A DNA stretch of 63,904 bases, filler included, from Octopus bimaculoides (taxonomy: Eukaryota): the NCBI RefSeq assembly GCF_001194135.2. It is 6 parts of 3 records of this genome, joined end to end, with 100 filler letters (N's around TTAATTAATTAA, not from the genome) between each part and the next. Parts side by side here need not be neighbours in the genome. Positions count along the whole stretch, not along the records: positions 20,494 to 28,240 come from NC_069006.1; positions 28,341 to 43,058 come from NC_068994.1; 4 more parts are not named here. One strand, given 5' to 3'. Both the position numbers and the translations under genes were made by a program. Under the pieces are notes generated by a model that made no database searches, was not told the origin of the DNA, and saw only the letters and a list, made by a program, of their open reading frames with translations. This document shows positions 25,661 through 38,439 of the stretch, in pieces (positions within the stretch are counted from its first letter, which is position 1; the number at the start of each line of letters is the position of its first letter).

Positions 25661-26884
25661 GACGTTGTTTCCAGCTTTAGCACTTGAAAGAAAAATATTC
25701 GGTTTACTACAGGTCTCTCCACTTCGCTTTATCAATGGAAATGGTTATCAGCAGGAGGACGAGGGAAACGACGACCACCACCACCACCACAACAGCAACA
25801 ACAACAGGTGTAATGAAAACAACAAGCAACACNNNNNNNNNNNNNNNNNNNNNNNNNNNNNNNNNNNNNNNNNNNNNNNNNNNNNNNNNNNNNNNNNNNN
25901 NNNNNNNNNNNNNNNNNNNNNNNNNNNNNNNNNNNNNNNNNNNNNNNNNNNNNNNNNNNNNNNNNNNNNNNNNNNNNNNNNNNNNNNNNNNNNNNNNNNN
26001 NNNNNNNNNNNNNNNNNNNNNNNNNNNNNNNNNNNNNNNNNNNNNNNNNNNNNNNNNNNNNNNNNNNNNNNNNNNNNNNNNNNNNNNNNNNNNNNNNNNN
26101 NNNNNNNNNNNNNNNNNNNNNNNNNNNNNNNNNNNNNNNNNNNNNNNNNNNNNNNNNNNNNNNNNNNNNNNNNNNNNNNNNNNNNNNNNNNNNNNNNNNN
26201 NNNNNNNNNNNNNNNNNNNNNNNNNNNNNNNNNNNNNNNNNNNNNNNNNNNNNNNNNNNNNNNNNNNNNNNNNNNNNNNNNNNNNNNNNNNNNNNNNNNN
26301 NNNNNNNNNNNNNNNNNNNNNNNNNNNNNNNNNNNNNNNNNNNNNNNNNNNNNNNNNNNNNNNNNNNNNNNNNNNNNNNNNNNNNNNNNNNNNNNNNNNN
26401 NNNNNNNNNNNNNNNNNNNNNNNNNNNNNNNNNNNNNNNNNNNNNNNNNNNNNNNNNNNNNNNNNNNNNNNNNNNNNNNNNNNNNNNNNNNNNNNNNNNN
26501 NNNNNNNNNNNNNNNNNNNNNNNNNNNNNNNNNNNNNNNNNNNNNNNNNNNNNNNNNNNNNNNNNNNNNNNNNNNNNNNNNNNNNNNNNNNNNNNNNNNN
26601 NNNNNNNNNNNNNNNNNNNNNNNNNNNNNNNNNNNNNNNNNNNNNNNNNNNNNNNNNNNNNNNNNNNNNNNNNNNNNNNNNNNNNNNNNNNNNNNNNNNN
26701 NNNNNNNNCTACACAAGAAGATTTAATTCTGTCGTAATTTCGTAGAACAGAACAAGTGTTTTTAAGGAGTAGAAAAAGACGCACCAACTTGTTACAAAGA
26801 ATGTTACCCAAATTGTATAGAACGCTAGGGTTTAGGCGTTTTGTTTTTCAAAACGTTAAGCGTGTATCCCGTTGAAATATTCTT

Positions 26885-27081
26885 ATCTACTCTAGGCGCA
26901 TGGCCCGAAATTTTGTGGGAGGGTGCCAGTCGATTAGATCGCCTCCAGTACGAAATTGGTACTTAATTTATTGACCCCGAAAGGATGAAAGCCAAAGTCG
27001 ACCTCGGCGGAATTTGAACTCAGAACGTAAAGACGGACGAAATACTGCTGAGAATCTTTGCGCGGCGTTCTAACGATTCTT
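26885..27081 (-). mobile_element. SINE family B
   Basis: Reverse complement of the family core. Confidence 0.85.
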
Positions 27082-27477
27082 GTTTGTGGGTTAGGGGATG
27101 GTTAATGGTATATTTAATGTCATATGTTACAAACTTTGGCTGCCGGTGCAGTTGTATTGAACATTTTCTTATTAGATGACTGATCACTGAATTCTCAACC
27201 GCCGACAATAGTCTGATGGCCAGAAATTTTATTAATATTGGTAAGCTTTTCATGAATTTTATTGCACGGCTTATACTTGCCTGTGGTTCAGTAGAAAGGG
27301 AGAGCGAAGAAAATCACGAAGAATCACTCGGAATTCCTCTAACAATCTTTGAGAACCAGCACGAGTCAATTCATCGACGTATTAAAACTGTGATTGGTGC
27401 CAGAAGAGGAACAACTTGTTATTAAATAATAAAAACTACCGTTTAACAAAGATTTTCGATTATATTGTTCAAGCCTT

Positions 27478-27487
27478 GTACGCGCGC

Positions 27488-27570
<83 letters not shown>

Positions 27571-28025
27571 TGTGTGCGTGTGTCTGTGTATGTGTGTGTG
27601 TGTCTGTGTCTGTGTGCGTACATACATATACATGTACATATATGTGTGTGTGTGCGTATGTATGTATATGTATATATATGTACATGTATGTATCTATGAT
27701 TATTAATCACTTAGTGTCCATGTTCCTTTCATGCTTCAGAATGGTCTGAGTACAACGGCCAAAGCAAAAAATAATAAAAGACTATAATGCGCGTGTGCGC
27801 AGTGTGTGCCAATGTGCATGAATATATATATATATATATGTGTGTGTGTGTATATGCGTGTCCATGTGTGCATCTATGAATGTGTGTATGTGTGTATATG
27901 CGTACATCCTCCAGTGTGTTTGTGTGTGCTATGTACGTATATGTGCGTGAATGTATGTATCGGTTTGCGTGTGTAGGTGTGAGTATGCGCTTGCTTGTCT
28001 GTCTGCATCATTGTGCGAGCGTATT

Positions 28026-28075
<50 letters not shown>

Positions 28076-28240
28076 TGTGTGCAAGGGCGCATAACTCACA
28101 ATAACATACATAACTCACAACAACCACAAGTCCAATATGGTCCCTCCGGCAATACTAAATCACATTTAGACTAGTTGCATAAACCAATACCTTTCCAGAA
28201 CAGCCCACAACGTGGCACGCACGCACACACACACACACAC
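27478..28240. repeat. (GT)n / (GTAT)n-rich microsatellite region
   Basis: Directly visible. Confidence 0.9.
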
Positions 28241-28340
28241 NNNNNNNNNNNNNNNNNNNNNNNNNNNNNNNNNNNNNNNNNNNNTTAATTAATTAANNNN
28301 NNNNNNNNNNNNNNNNNNNNNNNNNNNNNNNNNNNNNNNN

Positions 28341-28689
28341 CCAAGACGGTCCAAGAGAACCCGTAAAACCCAAGAGAGACTTTGCTGTTGATACTTCTTG
28401 TGTAGCATCAATTTCAGTGGGGAGGTGTTATATGGACTGTTAGATATGTAATTCGTCTGACGTTCCGTGTGTCATGTGGTTCGTCTGAGTTCATTGTTTC
28501 ATTGTTGTTGTCTTGTGGGACTGTCGTAGTAAAATGTCATTGATATATATATGGCGGACATGACTTTTGTTTATTCATAACGAACATTGGGTGAGTGCGT
28601 TCTTTGTATGTAATTGAACAATAAATGTAATAATTAAATTGTATAACTCGTCATGTTATCTCTACGAGTCACCCGAGGGAAACATAACA
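28341..28689 (+). mobile_element. 3' end of a Gypsy-like LTR retrotransposon: pol tail, polypurine tract and 264-bp 3' LTR (28426-28689)
   Basis: RRSKRTRKTQERL-type integrase tail; PPT GGGGAGG abuts TGTTAT...ATAACA termini; LTR is near-identical to 43166-43430; the upstream body is lost in the gap. Confidence 0.75.
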
Positions 28690-29085
28690 GTAACTAATCT
28701 GCACATCCTCTGATAACTCACGGATGATGGTTCGACGATTTCCCTACACAGCTGCACGCACATCCGCAGTGTTTTTCTCAGTTCTACTGGTTGCGGGTCT
28801 CCCAGAATGTTCGTCAATATCGACAGTTTTCGGCCATCTTGGAAAAGTCTGAACCACTCGTGGGCGGCTCATAAACTCCTCTCCATACAGCTTTTCCAAT
28901 TTCGCGTAGACCTCTGAACAGGTATCGCCATGAAAACTTTCTGTGTCATGGTCAATACGACGATCACACGCTACACACCTTCCTTCCAAGCACTGCTGTA
29001 AACAGCGGAACTGAGCTACAACGTTAAAATTTAGTGCGCATCATAGTAGAGTTCAAGGTCAATCTTTGCCAAGCTTGACCTCGTA
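28690..29085 (-). mobile_element. 5' part of a decayed mariner (HTH region), cut off by the LTR element
   Basis: SEVYAKLEKLYGEEFMSRPRVVQ...DIDEHSGRPATSRTEKN resembles the mariner N-terminal HTH / RSGRP motif. Confidence 0.75.
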
Positions 29086-29521
29086 TGTGTGTGTGTGTGA
29101 AAATTTATGAGAAACACAGAATGTAATTCATATTATTTATCCTTAAGTGCGTTTCACCATTATGGCTATTTGCCGTTTCAGTANNNNNNNNNNNNNNNNN
29201 NNNNNNNNNNNNNNNNNNNNNNNNNNNNNNNNNNNNNNNNNNNNNNNNNNNNNNNNNNNNNNNNNNNNNNNNNNNNNNNNNNNNNNNNNNNNNNNNNNNN
29301 NNNNNNNNNNNNNNNNNNNNNNNNNNNNNNNNNNNNNNNNNNNNNNNNNNNNNNNNNNNNNNNNNNNNNNNNNNNNNNNNNNNNNNNNNNNNNNNNNNNN
29401 NNNNNNNNNNNNNNNNNNNNNNNNNNNNNNNNNNNNNNNNNNNNNNNNNNNNNNNNNNNNNNNNNNNNNNNNNNNNNNNNNNNNNNNNNNNNNNNNNNNN
29501 NNNNNNNNNNNNNNNNNAGGC

Positions 29522-29737
29522 ATACGTGAACTTTAGGTTAGTTAAAATATGTTTGCGACAAATTTCAGCTTCTGAAGGCGAATTCACTGCAGTTGCTGTG
29601 GAGAAAAAAAAAATTCTCTTTCCACCTTTTACCATAAAAGAGAATTTTTGTTTTCCTCTACGGTAGCTGCGGTGAATTTACCTTTAGAAATCGAAATATG
29701 CCACAAACATATTTTAACCAACCTAAAGTTTGCGTAT
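29522..29737. mobile_element. Foldback MITE (imperfect palindrome, arms of about 100 bp, TA at both ends)
   Basis: ATACGTGAACTTTAGGTTAGTTAAAATATGTTTG...ATTCTCTTT pairs with AAAGAGAAT...CAAACATATTTTAACCAACCTAAAGTTTGCGTAT around a spacer of about 14 nt. Confidence 0.8.
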
Positions 29738-30802
29738 ATATTATGTGTGTGAGTGTAGGTGTGTGGGGGGGGGGTAGCAGGTATGTATGTACGTACGTAT
29801 GTATGAATGCGTGTATGTCAAGGCCTTTGGCACAATTTTCTTCTTATTATTTTACTCATAAAGGTTATGACAGAAAGCATTTGTCCAAGGTACCACAACT
29901 CAACAGAAACGAACCCAAGACTACGTGGTTATGATGCAAATTTACTATAGAACCATATTCGTATTTGTGTGTATGCGCGCGCAGGAGTGCGTGTGTATGC
30001 GAGCTCGCGCGTCTTGACCCACGTCGACTGGTGTAAAAACCAATGCGACAAATGGTATCACTTTATGCCACTGCATAACTTAACGATTCGTCAAACAGAA
30101 ACCATTAGAAATTTGTGAAAATACTTGCCTGAAAGAAATGCAAGGGTCGATATGATAGCCAAAAAAAATAAACTTGCCCCAGCATGGCCTCAGTCTAAAT
30201 GACTGTAACCAGTAAAAGACTAAAAGAGCATATACTACGTATTCAAACGCGCGTGCGCAGAGACCTTCACACGATTTATCTTAGCAGTGCTTTATGGCCT
30301 AGTTTACGAGTCACCACCACACATATCCACAATACTGGCGCGCGCGCGCGCGCACATACCCACACGTCACACAAACGAAAACGTCCCAAAGAGAAATTGT
30401 TTAACACCGTCAGCAACACGACTACCTCCTCATTCCCCTCATCCACCTCTACCAACTACTTCCTTTCCTCTTCTGTGGCCTCATTCTCTTCCTCTCTCTC
30501 TGGCTTGCTCTCTCTCTCTTTCTCTCGCTCTCTCTAGTGATTCCAAATATCCGTTAACAAACCATTCCACTTAAAATTCCATCTCCACCATCAGCACCAC
30601 CGTCACCGCCAACAATACACGTAACACTCCCTCCTTCCCCCACTCTCTATTTATCTTTGTCACTAGCTGGCTCTCCTTTTGTTTCTCTCTCTCATTTAGA
30701 TGTATACATATTTGTTATGTATGTATATAAATATATATGCATGGATTATATTTATAGAGAGAAAGGCGATGGGAGATGGATACATATACATACCGATATA
30801 TA

Positions 30803-30837
<35 letters not shown>

Positions 30838-30875
30838 TATACACATACCGATATACATGTATATGTGGTGACTCG

Positions 30876-30922
<47 letters not shown>

Positions 30923-33900
30923 AATTTAAAAGAGAGTTTTGACGCTGATACCCATTATNNNNNNNNNNNNNNNNNNNNNNNNNNNNNNNNNNNNNNNNNN
31001 NNNNNNNNNNNNNNNNNNNNNNNNNNNNNNNNNNNNNNNNNNNNNNNNNNNNNNNNNNNNNNNNNNNNNNNNNNNNNNNNNNNNNNNNNNNNNNNNNNNN
31101 NNNNNNNNNNNNNNNNNNNNNNNNNNNNNNNNNNNNNNNNNNNNNNNNNNNNNNNNNNNNNNNNNNNNNNNNNNNNNNNNNNNNNNNNNNNNNNNNNNNN
31201 NNNNNNNNNNNNNNNNNNNNNNNNNNNNNNNNNNNNNNNNNNNNNNNNNNNNNNNNTATTATACATATTTTCAGGCAGCATTTCAACTTTCGAAGTGTAT
31301 GAGACGGGTGGGGGGGTGCGATTTCAATTTATAAATTTCATTTTTTTTTTTTTTCTTCTTATTTCCCTCAGGATTTAAATTCACAAGTGTTCAGGTGAGG
31401 AAAAGGAAATAAATTCTGCTGAAGTATTGACGGGTTGTACCTAATAGACTATGTAACTAGACACGTACGTACGTACGTGCGTGCGTGCGCGTTTTTACAG
31501 AAACAACTATTACATACACACATACATACGCACACACGTATATGTATGTGTGGGTATGTATATATATACCTATATCAGTTTAGGCTTATATATACATACA
31601 TACATACACAATATAGATTACTATATATATATTTATAAGAGAGAAGGGGAGAGAGGGAGGGAGAGAGGGGAGGGAAGGAAAGAGAGCGAGTGTGTGAGTG
31701 TGCGCATGTTTATCGCTAATTCGTTATATATATATATATATATGAGATTNNNNNNNNNNNNNNNNNNNNNNNNNNNNNNNNNNNNNNNNNNNNNNNNNNN
31801 NNNNNNNNNNNNNNNNNNNNNNNNNNNNNNNNNNNNNNNNNNNNNNNNNNNNNNNNNNNNNNNNNNNNNNNNNNNNNNNNNNNNNNNNNNNNNNNNNNNN
31901 NNNNNNNNNNNNNNNNNNNNNNNNNNNNNNNNNNNNNNNNNNNNNNNNNNNNNNNNNNNNNNNNNNNNNNNNNNNNNNNNNNNNNNNNNNNNNNNNNNNN
32001 NNNNNNNNNNNNNNNNNNNNNNNNNNNNNNNNNNNNNNNNNNNNNNNNNNNNNNNNNNNNNNNNNNNNNNNNNNNNNNNNNNNNNNNNNNNNNNNNNNNN
32101 NNNNNNNNNNNNNNNNNNNNNNNNNNNNNNNNNNNNNNNNNNNNNNNNNNNNNNNNNNNNNNNNNNNNNNNNNNNNNNNNNNNNNNNNNNNNNNNNNNNN
32201 NNNNNNNNNNNNNNNNNNNNNNNNNNNNNNNNNNNNNNNNNNNNNNNNNNNNNNNNNNNNNNNNNNNNNNNNNNNNNNNNNNNNNNNNNNNNNNNNNNNN
32301 NNNNNNNNNNNNNNNNNNNNNNNNNNNNNNNNNNNNNNNNNNNNNNNNNNNNNNNNNNNNNNNNNNNNNNNNNNNNNNNNNNNNNNNNNNNNNNNNNNNN
32401 NNNNNNNNNNNNATATATATATATATATATATATATAAAGATTTGAGGTAAATTTTAATCACGTCAGTTTTGAACGTACACACACCTCAAAAACGTGCGA
32501 GCGCACATTCTCAATTCTCTCCATACACACACATTTACACGCATACATATATATGTATATGAAAAATAAAACACGTATATGTATAATCTATATGTGTATA
32601 ATACGTATATACATATACATACATATGTATGTTTATACACGTGTGTGTGTGTGTGTGTCCAAAACATGACTTGAGTTATTAATAATTCGTCATAAATCTC
32701 TTCAAGATTTCTATTATTGTACAACAAAAACGACAAAACAACGTCTTAAAAATGTCGACGTTTCAAGTGTCCAAAGACATGTTGTCAGGATTTAGTTTAA
32801 ATCCCAACGTTTACCGTCATCTTCGTGCTTTGGTACGCAGATTAGCTGATGTTGTTTAGCTTTGAATTGACTGCTCATATCAAAGGCATTCCAGCCATGA
32901 CCAGCTTATCTGCATTTTTAGTTTTAGCTTTATTTAATTTTATATTTCCCTTTTTCTTTCTTTCTTTTTTTTTTTCGGGAACTCTGTAACCCAAATTAAA
33001 CTATTTCAATGTGTCCTGTCTTTTTCAAGACTAATCAAGTTATAAAGGAGCGTGGCCTAGCGATTTGTACGTATAGTGATGCCTCACTAGCTGGAAGAGA
33101 GAGAGAGGGAGGGAGAGAGANNNNNNNNNNNNNNNNNNNNNNNNNNNNNNNNNNNNNNNNNNNNNNNNNNNNNNNNNNNNNNNNNNNNNNNNNNGTATAG
33201 TGATGCCTCACTAGCTGGAAGAGAGAGAGAGAGGGAGGGAGAGAGAAAGGAGGAAGAGAGAGAGAGAGGGAGGGAGAGAGAGGAGAGAGAGAGAGAGTGT
33301 GAGTGAGTGAGTGAGTGAGTGAGTGAGTGAGTGTGTGTGTGTGAATGCGTGTGTGAATGCGTGTATGTGTGTGTGTGTGTATGTGTGTGTGTGCGCGCGT
33401 GCGTCGCTAATTCGTTATATCGCTCCTTCTCCCGGTTTCAATATTTTCAGTGGGACAGTACTACATTATATAATTTGTATGTTAACATTTTCTTTCACAC
33501 GCATGCATATTCCCACGTGTTTCCAACACCAACCCACCCAGATTGCTTACACAATCTTTCTGCCCCCCACAAGTGGAAAAACAGCCTGCAACTCCAAGAG
33601 CTGAAAGTTCAACTTAAGGTATTCGTGCAAACCCATCACACTGGATGTAAAACTGTTAAGTGTTGTTGCGGCGATTAGAAACTGGTAATCGCCGGTGCCG
33701 CATCAATGATTAGAACCATCAGGAGAAAATTGAGGACAAAATAAAACTTCCGTCATAATAACCTATCTGTATTCAACAAAGAATGTAACCTACCGAATGT
33801 TTAAATCTGGGGGTTGGGGAAATGAAAAGCATGCTTGCTGTATGAGTGAACGACAAAATACAACGCAACATGCATGTCGTTAAGCCAATTTATCACGATG

Positions 33901-34167
33901 GTAAAAGCAAGAAATATCTTCAAGCGCTTACAAAAAGGAAGATAATTCAGAAGCATTTACAAGTTGGTTTGATACATTTAAATAGCATTATAACTTACAC
34001 AGCAAAAGTATGTCTCGTAAAGCTGCAAGCACAGACTACCAGGGAATCAAGGAATTTCCTCACGTTCATACGAATCATCATCGAGTGAGGCAACTAACTA
34101 CCTTTCTCATCTTGTATTCAATGTACATGAATAGGTCTTTTCTGAGGGGAAAAAATATATCATCCTG

Positions 34168-34355
34168 AAAAGGATCGATAGGTCATGCTTTTGCAATTGG
34201 TATTCGTACTAAAAATCGAGATCGATTGAGTGAGTTCTTTCTCTTTTTTACGACTTATGGTTTCCGACTAGGCTGAGCTTTCCTTAGGATACCTGCGTTA
34301 ACGTTTGTCAAACGTACCACCCCAGTCAAACTCCTCGGCCGACACTGTTCTCGAC
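34168..34355 (-). pseudogene. 28S: Decayed fragment of 28S (LSU) rRNA, 3' conserved core
   Basis: Minus strand GGAGTTTGACTGGGGTGGTAC...AACGCAGGTATCCTAAGG...AGCTCAG...GATTTTTAGTACGAATAC...TATCGATCCTTT matches conserved eukaryotic LSU sequence (GGAGTTTGACTGGGGCGGTAC...AACGCAGGTGTCCTAAGG...GATTTTCAGTACGAATAC). Confidence 0.85.
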
Positions 34356-34879
34356 CAAGGCTTGCGCATCAGCTACATCAGCTATGTCNNNNNNNNNNNN
34401 NNNNNNNNNNNNNNNNNNNNNNNNNNNNNNNNNNNNNNNNNNNNNNNNNNNNNNNNNNNNNNNNNNNNNNNNNNNNNNNNNNNNNNNNNNNNNNNNNNNN
34501 NNNNNNNNNNNNNNNNNNNNNNNNNNNNNNNNNNNNNNNNNNNNNNNNNNNNNNNNNNNNNNNNNNNNNNNNNNNNNNNNNNNNNNNNNNNNNNNNNNNN
34601 NNNNNNNNNNNNNNNNNNNNNNNNNNNNNNNNNNNNNNNNNNNNNNNNNNNNNNNNNNNNNNNNNNNNNNNNNNNNNNNNNNNNNNNNNNNNNNNNNNNN
34701 NNNNNNNNNNNNNNNNNNNNNNNNNNNNNNNNNNNNNNNNNNNNNNNNNNNNNNNNTATATATATATATATATATTAGTTATCGCCAAGCCAACATGGCA
34801 GTCCAAAAAATAGGACGAATGCTGCCGTTGATTAGCTCCAAGAGGCCATCGCCTCTAGCTAGCTATGTGACACACGAAC

Positions 34880-34995
34880 CTGTGTCCATTATAACCTTCG
34901 AACGGACTTCTTTCAGTTTCCATCTACCGAATTCAATCACAAGGCTTTGGTCGGCCCGAGGCTATAGTAGAATGCACATACCCAATGTGCCACGC
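34880..34995 (-). mobile_element. SINE family A head fragment
   Basis: CTTCTTTCAGTTTCCATCTACC...GGTCGGCCCGAGGCTATAGTAGAA. Confidence 0.75.
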
Positions 34996-35865
34996 GATAC
35001 ATATATATTTGTGTGTACACATATATATTATATATGTACGTACAGATAGACAAATCATATTTATATATTATTTTTACATATACATATGTGCTTACATGTA
35101 CATATGTATATAATGTATGTGCATACACACAGACACACACGCACGCACACATACACACACACACACATATACATACGTATATATACGCATGCACAAACAC
35201 CCTACTACCCACACAGGCGCACGATACATGCACAAATTCCTGATACGACCTGAAATTATACATTTGAAAGAACCTTGTCATTTTGTTAGCAACTTCTTTC
35301 TCATTTACTTTTTAACTCCGGAATACATAGTATAAGCCTACTGACATACATTAACCACGCAATCTCATCACACATTCCTTCACGTCTATATCAGTTGAGA
35401 TAAATCATGAGCACACAATATGGCTACAAGCGCCATGACGCTTTCAATGTCTGTCGTCTGCTGTCGGTAGGAGATAAAAGAAATGAGAAAAAGAGGAAGG
35501 AAGAGGACAGAGTAGAACGTACAAATCCCGACTTCGTAAAGATTTTTGTTTTATTTTTTAATACAAAAACCACCACCAGCTAATGAATGAGCTTCTACGT
35601 AGATTCTGAAGCTGCAAGAAATAGCAACTAATATCTCCTTCAAATTGCATCCTACCGTCTTAAATTGAAAGAACACGTTAGGTAATGTTGCCTTAATAAA
35701 AACAACGACGTGACAGTCACAGCTAGAAAACTTTTGACAATAGCTCTGTTCGATCTGGGTCGACCTGGAGATTGTAAAACATGAACAGTTACAACAATAT
35801 TGAATTGGTAAGGGAGATTTTATATGACCGAGTGATCTAGTAGAAATAGCAACCAAATTTTCCTT

Positions 35866-36257
35866 GGCATGACTGTGTGGTAAGAAGGTTGTTTTTCAGC
35901 CATATGGTTCCGGGTTCAGTCTCACTGCGTGGCATCTTGGGTACTATAGCCTTGGACCGGCCAAAGCCTTATGTATGGGTTTGGTGGACGGAAACTGAAA
36001 GAAGCCCGTTGTAAGCGCGTGTGTGGTGTTTTTGTGTCTGTATTTGTTTCCCACCACCACCTGACAACCGGTGTTGGTGTGTGTACATCCCCGTAAACTA
36101 GCGGTTCGGCAAAAGGACCGAGAGAATAAGTACCAAACTTGAAAAAGAAAAAAAAGGGCTGGCAGTCGATTCGTTCTTCTTAAAAATAAAAAAAAAACCT
36201 GCATGGCGGTGCCCCAGCATGGCTGCAGTCTAGTGACCGAAACAAGTAAAAGATAAA
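35866..36257 (+). mobile_element. Complete SINE family A
   Basis: Head GACTGTGTGGTAAG...GGTTCCGGGTTCAGTC; tail CCCAGCATGGCTGCAGTC...AACAAGTAAAAGA. Confidence 0.85.
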
Positions 36258-37229
36258 TCTCATTTCCATACGTTCTTATAAAAAAAAATTTTTTAAAAAG
36301 GAAAAAAGACGAAAGACATGGGATGATGTATGATGAATTATTCTGTTTGAAAACGGGATGGTCACAGTTGGAAAGCCTTTGATCANNNNNNNNNNNNNNN
36401 NNNNNNNNNNNNNNNNNNNNNNNNNNNNNNNNNNNNNNNNNNNNNNNNNNNNNNNNNNNNNNNNNNNNNNNNNNNNNNNNNNNNNNNNNNNNNNNNNNNN
36501 NNNNNNNNNNNNNNNNNNNNNNNNNNNNNNNNNNNNNNNNNNNNNNNNNNNNNNNNNNNNNNNNNNNNNNNNNNNNNNNNNNNNNNNNNNNNNNNNNNNN
36601 NNNNNNNNNNNNNNNNNNNNNNNNNNNNNNNNNNNNNNNNNNNNNNNNNNNNNNNNNNNNNNNNNNNNNNNNNNNNNNNNNNNNNNNNNNNNNNNNNNNN
36701 NNNNNNNNNNNNNNNNNNNNNNNNNNNNNNNNNNNNNNNNNNNNNNNNNNNNNNNNNNNNNNNNNNNNNNNNNNNNNNNNNNNNNNNNNNNNNNNNNNNN
36801 NNNNNNNNNNNNNNNNNNNNNNAGGAAGTAAGAAAGGGCAACGAAACAACAAAGGACAGACGAGGATTAACGAGAGATTATCGCATGTTGACTGGAAACC
36901 AGAAGAACGAATACCAAAAACAACAACAATAATAATAATCCTTAATAAATAATAATAATCCTTTCTTTATAATTGCCACAAGTGTCTTCTTTGTATAACG
37001 TCCGTGACCCACTCGCCCCGTTTTTTTTTGTTTTTTTTTTAAATAACTGTCTTGTTCATCTCTACAGGTTTCTTGTAACCCACTAGTTTTAACATTTTTG
37101 TAACCGCCACCACTACCATAACTACCATGCTTTAATGCTTCAAGCAAATTGCATGTAGACTGAAATTGAATATATGTAATTGCCCTTACTGGTTAAATTA
37201 AAGAAAAGATTCGAACTGACATAACAGTT

Positions 37230-37945
37230 AACAAACCACAGTGGTACTCCAGCATGAACGCAGCCGCATGGCTGAAACGAGTAAAAAAGTAAGCCGCACA
37301 AAAAATGCTTAGCGCCATTTTGTCCGTCTTTCCGTATTGAGATCAAATTCCGCCGCTGGAGTCGACTTTGCCTTTCATAATTTGGGGATCGATAAAAATA
37401 AGTACCTGTTGAGTACTGGGTTGATATAATCGACTTACACTCCTCCCCCGAAATTGCTGGTCTTGTGCCATTAAGGCAGCGAGCTGACAGAATCGTTAGC
37501 ACGCCGGGCAAAATGCTTAGCGGCATTTCGTCTGTCTTCACGTTCAAATTCCGCCGAGGTTGACTTTGCTTTTCATCCTTTCGGGGTCGATAAATTAAGT
37601 ACTANNNNNNNNNNNNNNNNNNNNNNNNNNNNNNNNNNNNNNNNNNNNNNNNNNNNNNNNNNNNNNNNNNNNNNNNNNNNNNNNNNNNNNNNNNNNNNNN
37701 NNNNNNNNNNNNNNNNNNNNNNNNNNNNNNNNNNNNNNNNNNNNNNNNNNNNNNNNNNNNNNNNNNNNNNNNNNNNNNNNNNNNNNNNNNNNNNNNNNNN
37801 NNNNNNNNNNNNNNNNNNNNNNNNNNNNNNNNNNNNNNNNNNNNNNNNNNNNNNNNNNNNNNNNNNNNNNNNNNNNNGTCGATGTAATCGGTTTACCCCC
37901 TCCCCTAAATTACTGGCCTTGTGCCAAAATTTGAAACTATTATTA
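37230..37945 (+). mobile_element. SINE cluster: family A tail followed by two tandem family B copies (the second spans a gap)
   Basis: Family B core repeated at about 37350 and about 37555. Confidence 0.8.
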
Positions 37946-38439
37946 GTATTATTATTATTAATAACTCTTGGTAGTGCCTCCGCACTCCCCGCCTATTTGG
38001 GAATATTACTTGAGAAAATTTTCTTTGTAAATTTTTTTTTTTTAGTTAAGCCCGTTATTAGACTTCCTACCTAAAATTCCGACTGTTTTCTTTTATCATG
38101 TCTTTTGCACTGTCCTTTCTTTGAGTACTTGTAAATTATAAAAGAAAAAAGCATATTATCGTCATTATGGTTGACGCCGACGCCGACGATGACAACAGCG
38201 TCATTATCGTCATCATCATTTTTATTGATCTAAAGTGCCTAAACATATAATAAAAAACGTGTCGTATAAAAGGACTACAAAATAAACGGGCGATAATAAA
38301 CAGGTGGAATGTACTTATACGATATAATAAACGGAGAAAGGCGCACAAACGTAGAAGCATATATATATTGAAATGGGTGGAGAATTTTGTAAAATAAACA
38401 GACATAGGACAACTCATACTCACAAGAATGAAAAGTCGT

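Noticed and set aside
33073-33243. Direct repeat GTATAGTGATGCCTCACTAGCTGGAAGAGAGAG on both sides of a gap
   Set aside because: Typical overlap of contig ends broken at a (GA)n repeat; probably an assembly artefact.
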